From assembly GCA_951406725.2 (NCBI GenBank), contig OX597829.1, positions 46,748,001-46,812,000 on the forward strand: 64,000 bases of DNA, in the 5' to 3' direction. Shown here piece by piece: positions 1 to 13,281 of this stretch. The notes beneath the pieces were generated by a model. That model had not been told where the DNA came from. It did no database searches and worked only from the letters and a program-made list of their open reading frames with translations. The stretch's first letter is position 1; the number at the start of each line of letters is the position of its first letter. This stretch comes from Octopus vulgaris. Lineage: Eukaryota. The position numbers were made by a program, and so were the translations under genes.

Positions 1-254
1 TGCGTACATTTTCAATATGGGTATTGTATTTTGGCAATGTTGTCTACTAAAGAAGCTGCTTGCATTCTAAAGTTATGTTTTCTCATCCAAAGTTATGTCA
101 TCTTTATGATTAGCTGTGCAAGAAACTATTACCTTGTGGCAAATAATGGTAATTGGGACTGAGGCGTCAATTTTCAAGCATTTCTCTCATGATAATAATT
201 TTAATAGTGAGAAACAAGAACGAAATAACATCGCAATTATGCAAAATAATGCTT

Positions 255-562
255 TGTCTTATACTATGGCCCCGGACCGACCAATGCCTTGTGAGTGGAT
301 TTGGTAGACGGAAACTGAAAGAAGCCTGTCGTATATATGTATATATATGTGTGTGTGTGTTTGTGTGTCTGTGTTTGTCCCCCTAGCATTGCTTGACAAC
401 CGATGCTGGTGTGCTTACGTCCCCGTCACTTAGCGGTTCGGCTAAAAGAGACCGATAGAATAAGTACTGGGCTTACAAAGAATAAGTCCTGGGGTCGAGT
501 TGCTCGATTAAAGGCGGTGCTCCAGCATGGCCGCAGTCAAATGACTGAAACAAGTAAAAGAG
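255..562 (+). mobile_element. SINE family A copy, 5'-truncated, with internal (TA)/(TG) microsatellite
   Basis: Matches the full copy at 41713-42135 (gtgagtggatttggtagacggaaactgaaagaagc ... ggcggtgctccagcatggccgcagtcaaatgactgaaacaagtaaaaga). Confidence 0.85.
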
Positions 563-764
563 TAAAAAAAAAAGAGAGAGAAATAACATCGCAATTATGC
601 AAAATAATGCTTTGTCATTAAAGGAAAAAACAATGCCAGTAGAAAAATATAGTATGATATAAAAAGTTTAAAAAAACTGTTTGGAGCAAAATTTGAGACT
701 TGGTCATTCGTATTTCAAAGCTATATATCCAGAAAACAGTTGGGTTTCAAGATTTTCTTTTTCT

Positions 765-1042
765 AAGGCGGCAGAAACGTTAGCACGCCGAGCGAAGTGC
801 TTAGCGGTATTTCATATATAATAGGCGGCGAGCTGGCAGAAACGTTAGCACGCCGGGCGAAATGCTTAGCGGTATTTCGTCTGCGTTACGTTGTGAGTTC
901 AAATTCCGCCTTTCATCCTTTCGGGGTCGATAAATTAAGTACCAGTTACGCACTGGGGTCGATGTAATCGACTTAATACCTATGTCTGTCCTTGTTTGTC
1001 TCCTCTGTGTTTAGCCCCTTGTGGGTAATAAAGAAACAGGTA
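765..1042 (+). mobile_element. SINE family B copy (tRNA-like head, central domain resembling MetaSINE), preceded by a duplicated partial head
   Basis: ggcggcgagctggcagaaacgttagc...gagttcaaattcc...gcctttcatcctttcggggtcgataaattaagtaccag; more than 15 related copies in the window. Confidence 0.85.
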
Positions 1043-1231
1043 TTTCATATATAAATGGTTTCAGATTTTGGCACACAGGCAGTAATTCACGGGGAGTGGG
1101 TAAGTTGATTACATCGATCCCAACATTTAATTCAACTGGTACTTATTTTATCGACCCCGATAGGACGAAAAGCAAAGTCGACCGCGGCGGAAACGATTCT
1201 GCCATCTTGCTTCCCTGTTTTCGTGATATAA

Positions 1232-1290
<59 letters not shown>

Positions 1291-1308
1291 ATATATATAT
1301 ATATATAT

Positions 1309-1378
1309 ATACAATATGTTACATTACTCGATAGTCAAGATAAAACTCTTGACTATCGTGTAATGTAACATAGTGTAT
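1309..1378. repeat. Hairpin with 32-bp arms and 6-nt loop, between microsatellite tracts
   Basis: atacaatatgttacattactcgatagtcaaga-taaaac-tcttgactatcgtgtaatgtaacatagtgtat; 2 mismatches. Confidence 0.9.
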
Positions 1379-1445
1379 AGATAAATTTCCTCTATTTACA
1401 TAATATTGAGGTCTCTTTCTTTCTTTTGTTATCTTACCGTTTTAT

Positions 1446-1485
<40 letters not shown>

Positions 1486-1584
1486 TTCTTAATTTTCTTT
1501 TTTATTGTTAAAATAATAATTATTTTTATTATTTCTTTTTTGCTGAAATTTTGCAACTTGATTCTTGCATGTATGTGTTCATTT

Positions 1585-1622
1585 ATATTTATATTTATTT
1601 TTCTTTTGTGTTTCAGGTAAGA
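1585..1622 (+). promoter_or_regulatory. Candidate recursive splice site (3' splice site immediately followed by 5' splice site)
   Basis: U-rich tract tttatttttcttttgtgttt followed by CAG|GTAAGA at 1614-1622. Confidence 0.35.
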
Positions 1623-1759
1623 ATGAAATATTATCAAGTTTCTAAACACTTTGGAAGGAGGCAGAGTTGAATGGGAATATGAGAGGTAAAGAAAAACACA
1701 AATAAAAACTCTCCTGCTGCATATTTGTAGGGTTGTTGTTCTGTATGCAAATCCTTGCT

Positions 1760-1817
<58 letters not shown>

Positions 1818-2367
1818 AGCAAGGATACTCAAAGGCTCTCTTAAACCTGAATCTCTGAACGATTGCCAGAAATTTTGTAGTCCTTGCATCCACTTCAAAT
1901 AATACCTGCTGCAACCATGGGATTTTCCTTTTTCGATTAGATACAGAAGTGTCCTTATTATCTAAAAGCATCTCAAGTGGAAAATCTCTTGGTCCCCCTT
2001 TTGGCCCACACAAAAAAATAACGGTCTAAGGGCAATAACCTGTCCTCACTAACCCCTGAGCATTTATTCGTTTGTAACTTACTGCCCAAATGCCCGTAAG
2101 GGATTCCTTCATCTCGGAGGTGATGAGATACATTTGTCTTTAAAGTTTGACGAGCCCTTTGTGTATGTGAAAACACTGGTCACTTTTTTACCGGGTGTAG
2201 ACTTAATTTCTTACATACGCATGCGTGACTTCTATCTGTTTGAAGATCATGCAGCCAATCTTCATTCCATGCTCAAATTGCGCAGCTTGTGACAATACAC
2301 AAAATGGTCGAACTTATCAAAGGCCTTTGTATATGTGTGTGTGTATGTGTGTATATATATGTATATA

Positions 2368-2444
<77 letters not shown>

Positions 2445-2930
2445 GTGTGTGTGTTTGTGTCTGTGTGTGTAATTTCGCTGGTTGTGCAACAATAAAATGG
2501 TTAACATTAGAAATTCAATTTACAGAATTTAGTTTTCGAAATTGCATTAGAATAAGTACGCCATATCTTTGACAACCAACATAAAATGTTGTAGGAAACA
2601 AGACGACGATAAATTATTTCGACCATGATAATTATAATAATTGGAAATGCAACTAAAGTAAAGTAAATTAAAAGTAATATTGAGAAACAAAGTTAATTCT
2701 AATTTGCTAGGATAATTACTAATTTCCTTTCTAGATTATGTATATATATATATTTATTTATCTGTACGTCTCGGTGTATGATTGTGTGCGTATGCATGTA
2801 TGTATACATGGATCTACGGCTGGATGTATATGTACATGTATGCATGCATGTATGTACGTACTTCTGTATATGCATGTGTATGTATGAATGTGTATATCAG
2901 GATTTTTATCTGTAACATTATTATTATTAT

Positions 2931-2963
<33 letters not shown>

Positions 2964-2990
2964 CACTACTACTACTACTACTATTACTAC

Positions 2991-3210
2991 TAAGGCGGTG
3001 AACTGGCAGTATCGTAAGCGCGATGGACGAAGTGCTTCGCGGTATTTCACCTTTTGCTACGTTCTGAGTTCAAATTCCGTCGTGGTCGATTTTGCCTTTC
3101 ATCTTTTCGGGGTCAATAAATTGAATACCAGTTAAATACTGCGGGGGTCAGTGTCATAGACCAGTCCCCTCACCAACAAATTTAGGGCCTTGTGCCATCA
3201 GTAGAAAGTA
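2991..3210 (+). mobile_element. SINE family B copy (diverged)
   Basis: taaggcggtgaactggcag...gttctgagttcaaattcc...gcctttcatcttttcggggtc. Confidence 0.8.
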
Positions 3211-3225
3211 ATATTATTAATATCA

Positions 3226-4218
3226 TTACTCCCGCCTTAGAGAAGATGGAGATAGTGTTTTCAGTTGTTTTTTGTCTTTTTATTGTTTGTGCTTGGACAA
3301 GATATCTCAAGAACCGCTGGAAGAAATCGGATGAATCTTTCAGGTATTGTTGGCATGTGCCTGTCACAAACTGATTAGACTTTGGGATGGATCCGGTACT
3401 GGATAAGGATTCTGGATTATTTGTTATAATTACTTTACTTTACATGATCGCGATCTTACGTTAACTTTCAAGTCTTTCTCAATTATCTCCCTTTAGACTC
3501 TATCTATCTTGAATGGTGAATGTGTTTTAAATTTGGTTTGTATTAGACTACCATTATCACCCGGCGTTGCTCGGGTTTGTAAGGGAAATAACTATATAAG
3601 CATTTTTAGATATGTAAAGTATAATAGCCATCTCAATATAGCTAACCACAAAGGTGGGTGTTACTGTAGCTTTTTACGTTCTGAGATTTAATAATAAATT
3701 TTTAGAGAGTTACTTCCCTTATATATGCCAAAAACGCATTAAAATGGGAAAAAATGATGGTAAATTTGTTTTAAAATCGTATTCATCGTAGACGCGCGCT
3801 AATACCCAGAAGGGCTCGATATGAATCACGACTATAAGATACCCGGTTTTGGTTAAACTGCACCGCGAAATGTGGGAGTAGTTAGGAATCTAAATCGTAG
3901 GAGACAGACAGCACACAACCTCACTTTTATATATAAAGATAAGGATCAAATATTTATTACGGTTACTAAATTTCCTACAGCCACCTTCACATTCCATGAC
4001 TACCATTAGGATCGATCAGGTACCGGACAAGGATTCTGGATTATTTTTCTGGTTCTTTTACTTAATTTTCGAGAGCAATCGGGTTCATTTTTTTGTATTC
4101 TCGTTTGGGAGACCAGTAGAATTTACTTGAGATATTCTCATTTTAAAAATCCTCTCTGGCTAATCGTTGAGGGGATGATGGTGTTGCCTTGGCAGAGGTT
4201 TGCGCTCTCTGAATGCTC
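3226..4218 (+). mobile_element. Helentron-associated non-autonomous element (HINE-like), interrupted by a Helitron
   Basis: Starts ttactcccgcc and ends ggcagaggtttgcgctctctgaatgct (subterminal inverted repeat plus 3' hairpin layout). Internal direct repeat aaggattctggattattt at ~3405 and ~4029. Confidence 0.55.
3548..3939 (-). mobile_element. Non-autonomous Helitron
   Basis: Reverse complement of the 6222-6620 copy; 5' TC, 3' hairpin cccgagcaacgccggg, degenerate CTAG end. Confidence 0.8.
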
Positions 4219-4224
4219 TTCTTC

Positions 4225-4254
4225 GTCTCCTTCTTCTTCTTCTTCTTCTTCTTC

Positions 4255-4331
<77 letters not shown>

Positions 4332-4391
4332 TCCATTATTATTATTATTATTATCATTATTATTATTATTATTTTTTAGTATTATTATTAC

Positions 4392-4469
<78 letters not shown>

Positions 4470-4809
4470 CATTATTATTATTATTATTATTATCATTATT
4501 ATTATTATCATTATTATCATTATTATTATTATTATTATTATTATCATTATTATTATTATTATTATTATTATCATTATTATCATCTTTTTTTTCCTCTTCT
4601 TTCAAATTTGCTTCCATTTCTTGCCGAGTGTCTTCCCGACTTCTGGGGCAAAAAAACTCATAGTATACATTGGTAGGCCATTAAACTAAACTCACTAGTT
4701 CGTTCATTTTTTTTTAATTTTTAAAGTTAAATTAAAATACATGGGTAGTAATAGTTCTCACATCGACAATGCTCTTCTCAATACGTGTGATGTACCAGTT
4801 AAGACAATC

Positions 4810-4886
<77 letters not shown>

Positions 4887-5019
4887 ATTATTATTATTAT
4901 TAATATTATTGTTGCTATTATTATTATTATTATTATTATCATTGTTATTATTATTATGATTATTATTATTATTATTATTACTATTATTGTTGCTATTATT
5001 ATTATTATTATTATTATCA

Positions 5020-5057
<38 letters not shown>

Positions 5058-5190
5058 GTTGTTGTTATTATTATTATTATCATTATCATTATTATTATTA
5101 TCATTATTATTATTATTATTATTATTAATATCATTATCATAGTAGTAGTCGTCGTCGTCGTCATCGTCATCATCATGCTCATCATTACCA
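4225..5190. repeat. Two long compound trinucleotide microsatellites, (ATT)n with (CTT), (GTT), (ATC) runs
   Basis: Seen directly at 4225-4583 and 4810-5190. Confidence 0.95.
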
Positions 5191-5479
5191 TCACTAGTAA
5201 AATGATTGCGTTAGAAAATATCACATTCTGTCTCTAACAACGTTAACAAGATAAAAGCTATTACAGCTGATTAATTTGTCACCTAAATTAATTTAATTTA
5301 AACTTCGTTATATACGTACACAAGAGAAAATAGATTCCAGCACATGAGGCAATGAGAGCAATTAATTTATGTGTAACAGTGATAATAATAACATACAACA
5401 ATACCTATTGTGCAATGTAATAGGAAACACAATACTAATGCAATGATTAATGGGCTAAATTAATTATATAGAAAAGCTA

Positions 5480-5548
5480 TATATACATGTAACATGCATA
5501 TGTACACCCATGCATACACACACACATACATATATATATATGTATGTG

Positions 5549-5586
<38 letters not shown>

Positions 5587-5800
5587 TATACATAAATGTA
5601 TGTATATATATATGTATACATATATGTATATATATGTATACATATACATAAATGTATATATATATATGTATACATATATGTATATATATGTATACATATA
5701 CATATATATATATGTATATATATATATGTATGCATATACATATATGTATATATATATGTATACACTGTGTATATATATATGTATACATATACATATATAC

Positions 5801-5877
<77 letters not shown>

Positions 5878-5890
5878 CATACATATATGC
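5480..5890. repeat. Degenerate (TA)n/(TATG)n microsatellite
   Basis: Seen directly. Confidence 0.95.
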
Positions 5891-6221
5891 ATAATTGACG
5901 AGTTAATTAAAATCTAGGCGAATACCACAGTAACATCTCATGCAAGAGACTGGCTAGCGAAGTGCTCAAATATCAGCATAATAGTTATACCGTTTGATTA
6001 AACAAAGAAACATTGGTTACAATTCAGTTAATTATTAAAGGAGAATTTTGCCATTTCCAGGCATGTATGTCAACTAGGAATGTTATGATCTTCAGAAAGT
6101 GAATAACAATAATTTTAACTGGCGGGAAAATAGAAGTCACATCAATGTTACGCAGATTTCGGTGTAACCTACGTTACGTATGAAAGGCATTCATTTCAGT
6201 TTACAAATAATCTGTACGTAA

Positions 6222-6620
6222 TCTTTATATATATAAGTGAGGTTGTGTGCTGTCTGTCTCCTACGATTTAGATTCCTAACTACTCCCACATTTTGCGGTG
6301 CAGTTTAACCAAAACCGGGTATCTTATAGTCGTGATTCATATCGAGACCTTCTGGGTATTAGCGCGCGTCTACGATGAGTCTACGATTTTAAAAATAATT
6401 TACCATCATTTTTTTCCATTTTGATGCATTTTGTTCGCTATTATATAAGGGAAGTAACTCTCTAAAAATGTCTACGATGAGTCAACGATTTAAAAAATAA
6501 TTACCATCATTTTTTCCATTTTTAATGCATTTTTTTGCTATTTTTTGGCTATAACTCTCTAAAAATGCTTATATAGTTATTTCCCTTACAAACCCGAGCA
6601 ACGCCAAGCGATACTGCTAG
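6222..6620 (+). mobile_element. Non-autonomous Helitron
   Basis: Begins TC after a host A and ends with a decayed hairpin plus CTAG before a host T (A|T insertion, no TSD). Four copies in the window. Confidence 0.85.
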
Positions 6621-6976
6621 TGTGAAATAAATGATGTTTGTTAAGCAAATCTTACGCAACATTGGTTTTGACTTCTCTGTTTCTCATGTAAAATCATTGA
6701 ATATGTATGTGTGTGTGTGTGTGTGTATGTATATATAAATACACACACACACATACACTTTAATGACGAGCTACAGATAGCAGACTGATCAATTGATTTA
6801 TTGATTTATTCAGTCATTAATAGCGAAACTCATGAGTATGAAGTTTACTGAATTTTTATTCTTTCTACTGCCTACATGCAAAGTGCCTTAGGAATCTTTT
6901 CGCGGTTTGTGCTGCGACCGCCGTTTGTAGCATTTAAGAAGTCCTATCGGTGGTCTTCTCTTCGTGTATATATATA

Positions 6977-7294
6977 TCACCGTGATCACCGTGACCTACC
7001 AGGCTATCAGATGTTGCTACACATCGCTGGTCACAATGCCCTTCGCATTGTTTTAGCCTTCAAATGACGCCACCCCACTGGCTAAGCGAGCAGGTCAACA
7101 GAAGAAAGAGTGAGAGAAAGTTGTGGCGAAAGAGTATAACAGGGATCGCCACCCCCACCCCCCCCCTGCCGGAGCCCCGTGGAGCGTTAGGTGTTTTCGC
7201 TCAATAAACACACACAACACCAGGGCTGAGAATCGAAACCGCGATCCTCCGACCGCGAGTCCGCTGCCCTAGCTACTGGGCCATTGCGCCTCCA
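6977..7294 (-). mobile_element. SINE family C copy (tRNA-Arg-like head)
   Basis: Minus strand reads gtggaggcgcaatggcccagtagctagggcagcggactcgcggtc...ggtttcgattc; same head as 59603. Confidence 0.85.
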
Positions 7295-7295
7295 C

Positions 7296-7352
<57 letters not shown>

Positions 7353-7354
7353 CT

Positions 7355-7416
<62 letters not shown>

Positions 7417-7480
7417 GAAATGAAGAAAATGCTGACAAAATAATTGAAGTAATTTAAGTAATTTAATTAGGTGAAAGTTC

Positions 7481-7516
7481 TTTTTACCGGTTGCGCATTT
7501 GTTATGCTTATCAAAA
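7481..7516 (-). ncRNA. Degenerate minimal hammerhead ribozyme motif
   Basis: Minus: uu-UUGAUAA-GCAU aacaa AUGC-GCAAC-CG-GUA-aaaa. Stem II and palindromic stem III intact; three core substitutions; element flanked by (TA)n. Confidence 0.45.
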
Positions 7517-8475
7517 TATAAAAGAGAGATTAGAGTTCCTTCCTGATAGATTTTTTCCTCTTATCTGAATGTTTATATATATATATATATTTCTATGTGT
7601 GTATCATATGCATATGTGTATATCACCGTGCATATTTCTATATACTCCAGGATGAAATGTTGCCTTTTGTGGAATCTTTAAAAAAAGATACAACACGTAT
7701 TTCGACTATTACCAATCTTATTGTTACGTCTATTCAACTTCCTTTTCCCTTCACACCGTCTATCCTTTCCTTCCTTCTCCTTCACGATTCCGTTTCCACA
7801 CCTCCGTCATCCGTTTATAATTTCTCCGTATTATAAATCGTACCCAAATGGAATCTAAGGGGTTCTATTCTCATGACATTTTCTTGTTCTATAAATACTG
7901 GCATGCGACTTTATATCTGAGTTTCTCATGTGTGACCAAGGATGACTATCTACCTTTCAACACTCGTGCATTCCCTAAAACTCGCATTCACTTTTTATCT
8001 TTAATTACGTATTCCAGCTTTCGAACGGCTTTATACCATCAGCTATGAACCACATCTAAACCACTGAATGAATAACTTAAAGATCCACCATAAAATATTG
8101 CTCCTATCACTCATCTGGAATACTGTTTTTGGCCACAAATAGATTCCCTAGACCAACTCCAAAGAACGGCAACTCAGCTGATTTGTATAGAATCGCCACC
8201 AACACACTCCAAATACTCGTTCGAAATATATTCTTTCTTCCTGTCTTATCTAGAGTTACTCATATTGTATCGATGCTCAAGAAACCATACTAACTACAAT
8301 GGCCATTGTTTGCCCCAATAATATCTAACCTTTAAAATTCCCTCCTTGTGTATGTTCTTTTTTTTTTGTGTAGAGTTTTGCTTTTTGTAATTGTTTTCGA
8401 ATCGACCAAAACGGTCCTGGTGGACCTGCACAAACAAATCAACAACTTCTTTCTCCATCTAACTATGTAGAAAAA

Positions 8476-8528
<53 letters not shown>

Positions 8529-10693
8529 CAACACACTTTTATATACTATCCTAATTTGCAATTCATTCTTCGCACCTAAATTATTCCATTACTTACATTT
8601 TTACGGAAAATATGAAACAAGTGAAGTTCTGCAAATATCGTCATTTTTCGGATATTGCTATTCTAAGTTAATCTCTTCTTTCTACACCATTCTCTCAAAA
8701 GCATTAACGTGCAGCTTTTAATGGTTAGATCCTTGTATTAACCATTTATCTTTGATGTTAGCTTTAATTTCAACTTACTGATGTATTCCTTCCCAAAACT
8801 CTCCTTTATGTCATTTACCTTTAGCGTACCTATCTTTCTAATGCCTGAGTGTTTATATAACCTCCTGCTTCTAAAACTCTTTGCCTTTTATCATTTCATC
8901 ATCTAATGATTTTATCTAATTACATTGCATTATATTTCTCGTTTGCACACCTTTTAACTTTAAATCCCATCGCAAATTCTTCGTTAAGTCCATTCTTTGA
9001 TGTAGGCAAGTGCTTTATGAGGTCGCCTGTCTTCTAAAAGAGTTTCAAGACGCAAATAATGAGAAAAGGGTTTATATCATTCTGCCTATGTTTAATAATA
9101 CATCCATTGCTTACCATTCTTAACAGGCAGTTTTAAAGTTATTATGCCTCTCTCAAATAACAAAGAAGTCAAGCTATCAAACCGAAAAGTAATCCAATGC
9201 TAACATATTTGATGTAGTGATGCAACTACAGTGGTAGTACTTAATGTAGCGGTGTTAAGTACGTTGGAACTAGTTCCGCTTTAGGTTCTTTGTGCGAGTC
9301 GCATTTCTAAGTAATTAACATTATAGATTTAAAGATATTTGTATGAGATATGGTCATATTTTTTTACAACTAACGGTATGCGCTATTATGCATATGCTTT
9401 AAGATAAATGCTACTACGGCTACTGCAGTGAAGTATATGGTTTTCTAGAGAAATTTAGTAAAACTGAAACATGTTCAAGTCTCGGACATGTCGAAATGAT
9501 TGAAACAATAGTTGTCATTGAATTAGATTGAATTAGATTTTAATTCATTACTGCATCAGCATTTCGTATTATCGAATGTAATTTAAATGTTTTCATGCAG
9601 ATGGTGTCTGGGAGAAATTAAACACAGTTAGTTTATTTCATTGTATTGAACGATTACTGTTTACTTGGATATATTTTCTTTCGCATTTACATAACACCTT
9701 CGCTTTTAATTAATGATATCTCAGCCGCCTCAAAATCGTTGTTGTTGTAATGGTAGTTGTTTAAACCCAAGTCAACTCTAATCAGACATTTTAGATATTT
9801 TCATTCGCTTTGTTTTCCAGACGTGTATCTCAGATTATAATAATCGATGTGTGTATGTATTCTTTAAACATTTAAATGAGGAGACACGTGAGATGCAGAG
9901 TCGCTGATGAGGTCACAATATGTGTGACGGAATATTTCTAGAAAATGGATATAAAATAAGAACAATAATAAATCTTAACTGAAGAACGAATCTATTTCGC
10001 ATGTGCTTATTTCGCAAGAAAAAGAATGACCATCTCGAAATATAACAATAGTTAAATGAATTTTGACTATTATTTCTAAAGGCCGAACCCTCAAATACGG
10101 GTTCTTCAGTACTGAACATCTCGTCTGCTAGAGATAGCAGTAACTTTCTTCTGCTCGCGATATATATAGCTTCAAGCGACATAAAGTCGCTTGAAGAGGG
10201 AGAGAAATAGACCGAAACCAGGCCGGTCTGACGGTGTCGTCGCTAGAAAGTGGTAAGGGTTCGCTCCCCTGCTCGCAATATCTCAGATGCGGCTATGCAT
10301 CCTTAACCAGCTAGAGGAGATGTCCTCTTGGGATTGAAATACTGCAGAAAAATCCGTTAGGACGGACAGCCATGTTGAAGTGGCTACGAACATTACTTGT
10401 TGGTACAACTACTGCGTTGAAATCTTAGAAAGATTTTAGAACTAGCATTTCTGCTTATATGAATATAAGTATATACATAAATAGATGTTTGTTTTAATGT
10501 TAAAATAAAAACTATTTTACACTAAATTGAAGAATTATTCAATCGATCTCAGGAGAGCAAAAATGTATTGTTCTGTAATTAGAGTACTTATTGGCAGTGA
10601 CTCCGAAGTGTCGATCATCTGAACCTCCATGAGATGATGACGGCTTTGCTGGCCAAAACGTCGAAGCTATCCTTAATACTATTCTTTTCAAAG

Positions 10694-10746
<53 letters not shown>

Positions 10747-10904
10747 TAAACATAAATATATATATATATATATGTGTATGTATGTATATACACATACATA
10801 TATGAGGTAGTAGTCAACTCGTCATCGAATAAGGCGATTCTTTAAACTCAGCAAGACCGTGGAAACGTTCGAAGTGTCCAAGAATTTCCTGTGAGTGAAT
10901 AATT

Positions 10905-11499
<595 letters not shown>

Positions 11500-11672
11500 G
11501 TAGATAGATAGATAGATAGATATAATTGAGTAGTTGAATGAATTATCTTATTATGGATAATTCGGTTAACCGATACCTGGGTAGCAAATTCACGTCAGAG
11601 AAACACGGTTGAAGCTACATGCCTAGGGCAGAGATCACGTGCTATCGTGTGGAAATTTTTTTGTTTTTTTAA

Positions 11673-11762
11673 ATACAAATAAATGAAAGAATGGAGTTGA
11701 ACGACGAATTAACAAAATTTTGTTAATTCGTCGTTCAACTCCATTCTTTCATTTATTTGTAT
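11673..11762. repeat. Perfect 90-bp palindrome with no loop
   Basis: atacaaataaatgaaagaatggagttgaacgacgaattaacaaaa|ttttgttaattcgtcgttcaactccattctttcatttatttgtat. Confidence 0.95.
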
Positions 11763-12657
11763 ATATACATATATATATATATAACTCTTTTCTATGTTTG
11801 AATATTCTTGATTTCAATTATGCGTCGTGAATGGAAGCATTTACTTTTCTTTATTCAAGCACACTTCTGTCCTACATATTCTTTTACACTTTCACTTTTG
11901 CCTTTTAATGTTTCTAACTTTATCCTTTAATATAACTTTATCCTTTAGTAGTTTCATGTTATATATTACTTATTGCTTTTGTAATAACATTTATTGCGGT
12001 ATATTGGCTGAACTTGACTGAATAGTTTATCGTTTCTTTCTTGGAGTCGTATTAGCAACACATTTTTAGTAGCGTGTCAACTATTCCTTTGAAGTGAAGA
12101 ATCGATCAACCTCTACTATTTGCATTGATTGAATCCACATGATCTCCATGCGGGCAGATTTTGTGAGTGTATCCAATATTATAAGGATGAATCCGGTTTT
12201 TCTTTGCTTGGCGTTTGTTTGCAAACTGAAGTCCGGCTTCATAGCACCGTTCCGTTTGAAGATAAATACGTTGAAGATTTATGTAATACATAGAAAAACC
12301 AGCATATCGAAAGGTTCAATTTTGGTTATGGCTTTGATATCACCTCATAAAAGCAGTCTTAACAAGTGACACTGTTCCTCTCTCAGCTTCACCCAGCAGA
12401 TGGTTTGTTGGATTTGGTTAGCTCAAAGTTAATTTATGTTTCACTAATATTAATACTTTAAATGTATCTTTACTACAGAGTAAATATCGAGTTTCTTTTT
12501 GATTATAGGATAAAAAGCTTTCTTTTTTTTACTAAAAAAAAAAGCGGAAATTTATGATAGTCCAAGTACAACATAGGCTATAACTACAAAAACATAGACC
12601 TCCATCTCTGATTCCAAAAATTTTAACTAAATGACTGTAAGCTATACATTTATGTAT

Positions 12658-12696
<39 letters not shown>

Positions 12697-12707
12697 TATA
12701 TATATAT

Positions 12708-12917
12708 TTACTCTTTTACTTGTTTTAGAGATTTGACTGCGGCCGTGCTGGAGCACCGCCTTTAGTCAAAGAAATCGACCCCAGGACTTATTCTTTGTAA
12801 GTCTAGTACTTATTTTATCGGTCTCTTTTGCCGAACCGTTAGGTTACAGGGACGTAAACACACGATGTTGGGGGACAAACTCAGACACACAAACACACAA
12901 ACATACACACACACACA

Positions 12918-12964
<47 letters not shown>

Positions 12965-13204
12965 TTATCTATCTATCTATATATATATATATATATATAT
13001 ATACGACGGGCTTCTTTCAGTTTCCGTCAACCAAATCCACTCACAAGGCTTTGGTCGGCCCGAAGCTATAGTCGAAGACACTTTCCCAAGTTGCTACGCA
13101 GTAGGACTGAACCCGGAACTATGTGCTTGGTAGGCAAGCTACTTACCACACATCCACTCCTGCGCATTTGGTAAGCATGCTACTTACCACGCAGCCACTC
13201 CTGC

Positions 13205-13205
<1 letters not shown>
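12708..13205 (-). mobile_element. SINE family A copy with duplicated head end
   Basis: Reverse complement of family A with internal microsatellite; the ggtaagc..tacttaccac..ccactcctgcg block occurs twice (13128-13205). Confidence 0.85.

Positions 13206-13281
<76 letters not shown>

Noticed and set aside
1820-2290. Minus-strand ORF pieces with more complex sequence (possible LTR gag/protease relic)
   Set aside because: No convincing catalytic or zinc-knuckle motif; needs tBLASTx to decide.
4127-5917. Long ORFs rich in I/Y/L/N/H/T (also 13911-14612, 23563-24241, 53054-53826 and others)
   Set aside because: Translations of microsatellites that lack stops by composition; no domain signal.
8060-8230. 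Possible CR1/L2-type RT relic (LEYC..W...IDSLDQLQRTATQLI across a frameshift)
   Set aside because: Too short and degraded to call without a profile search.
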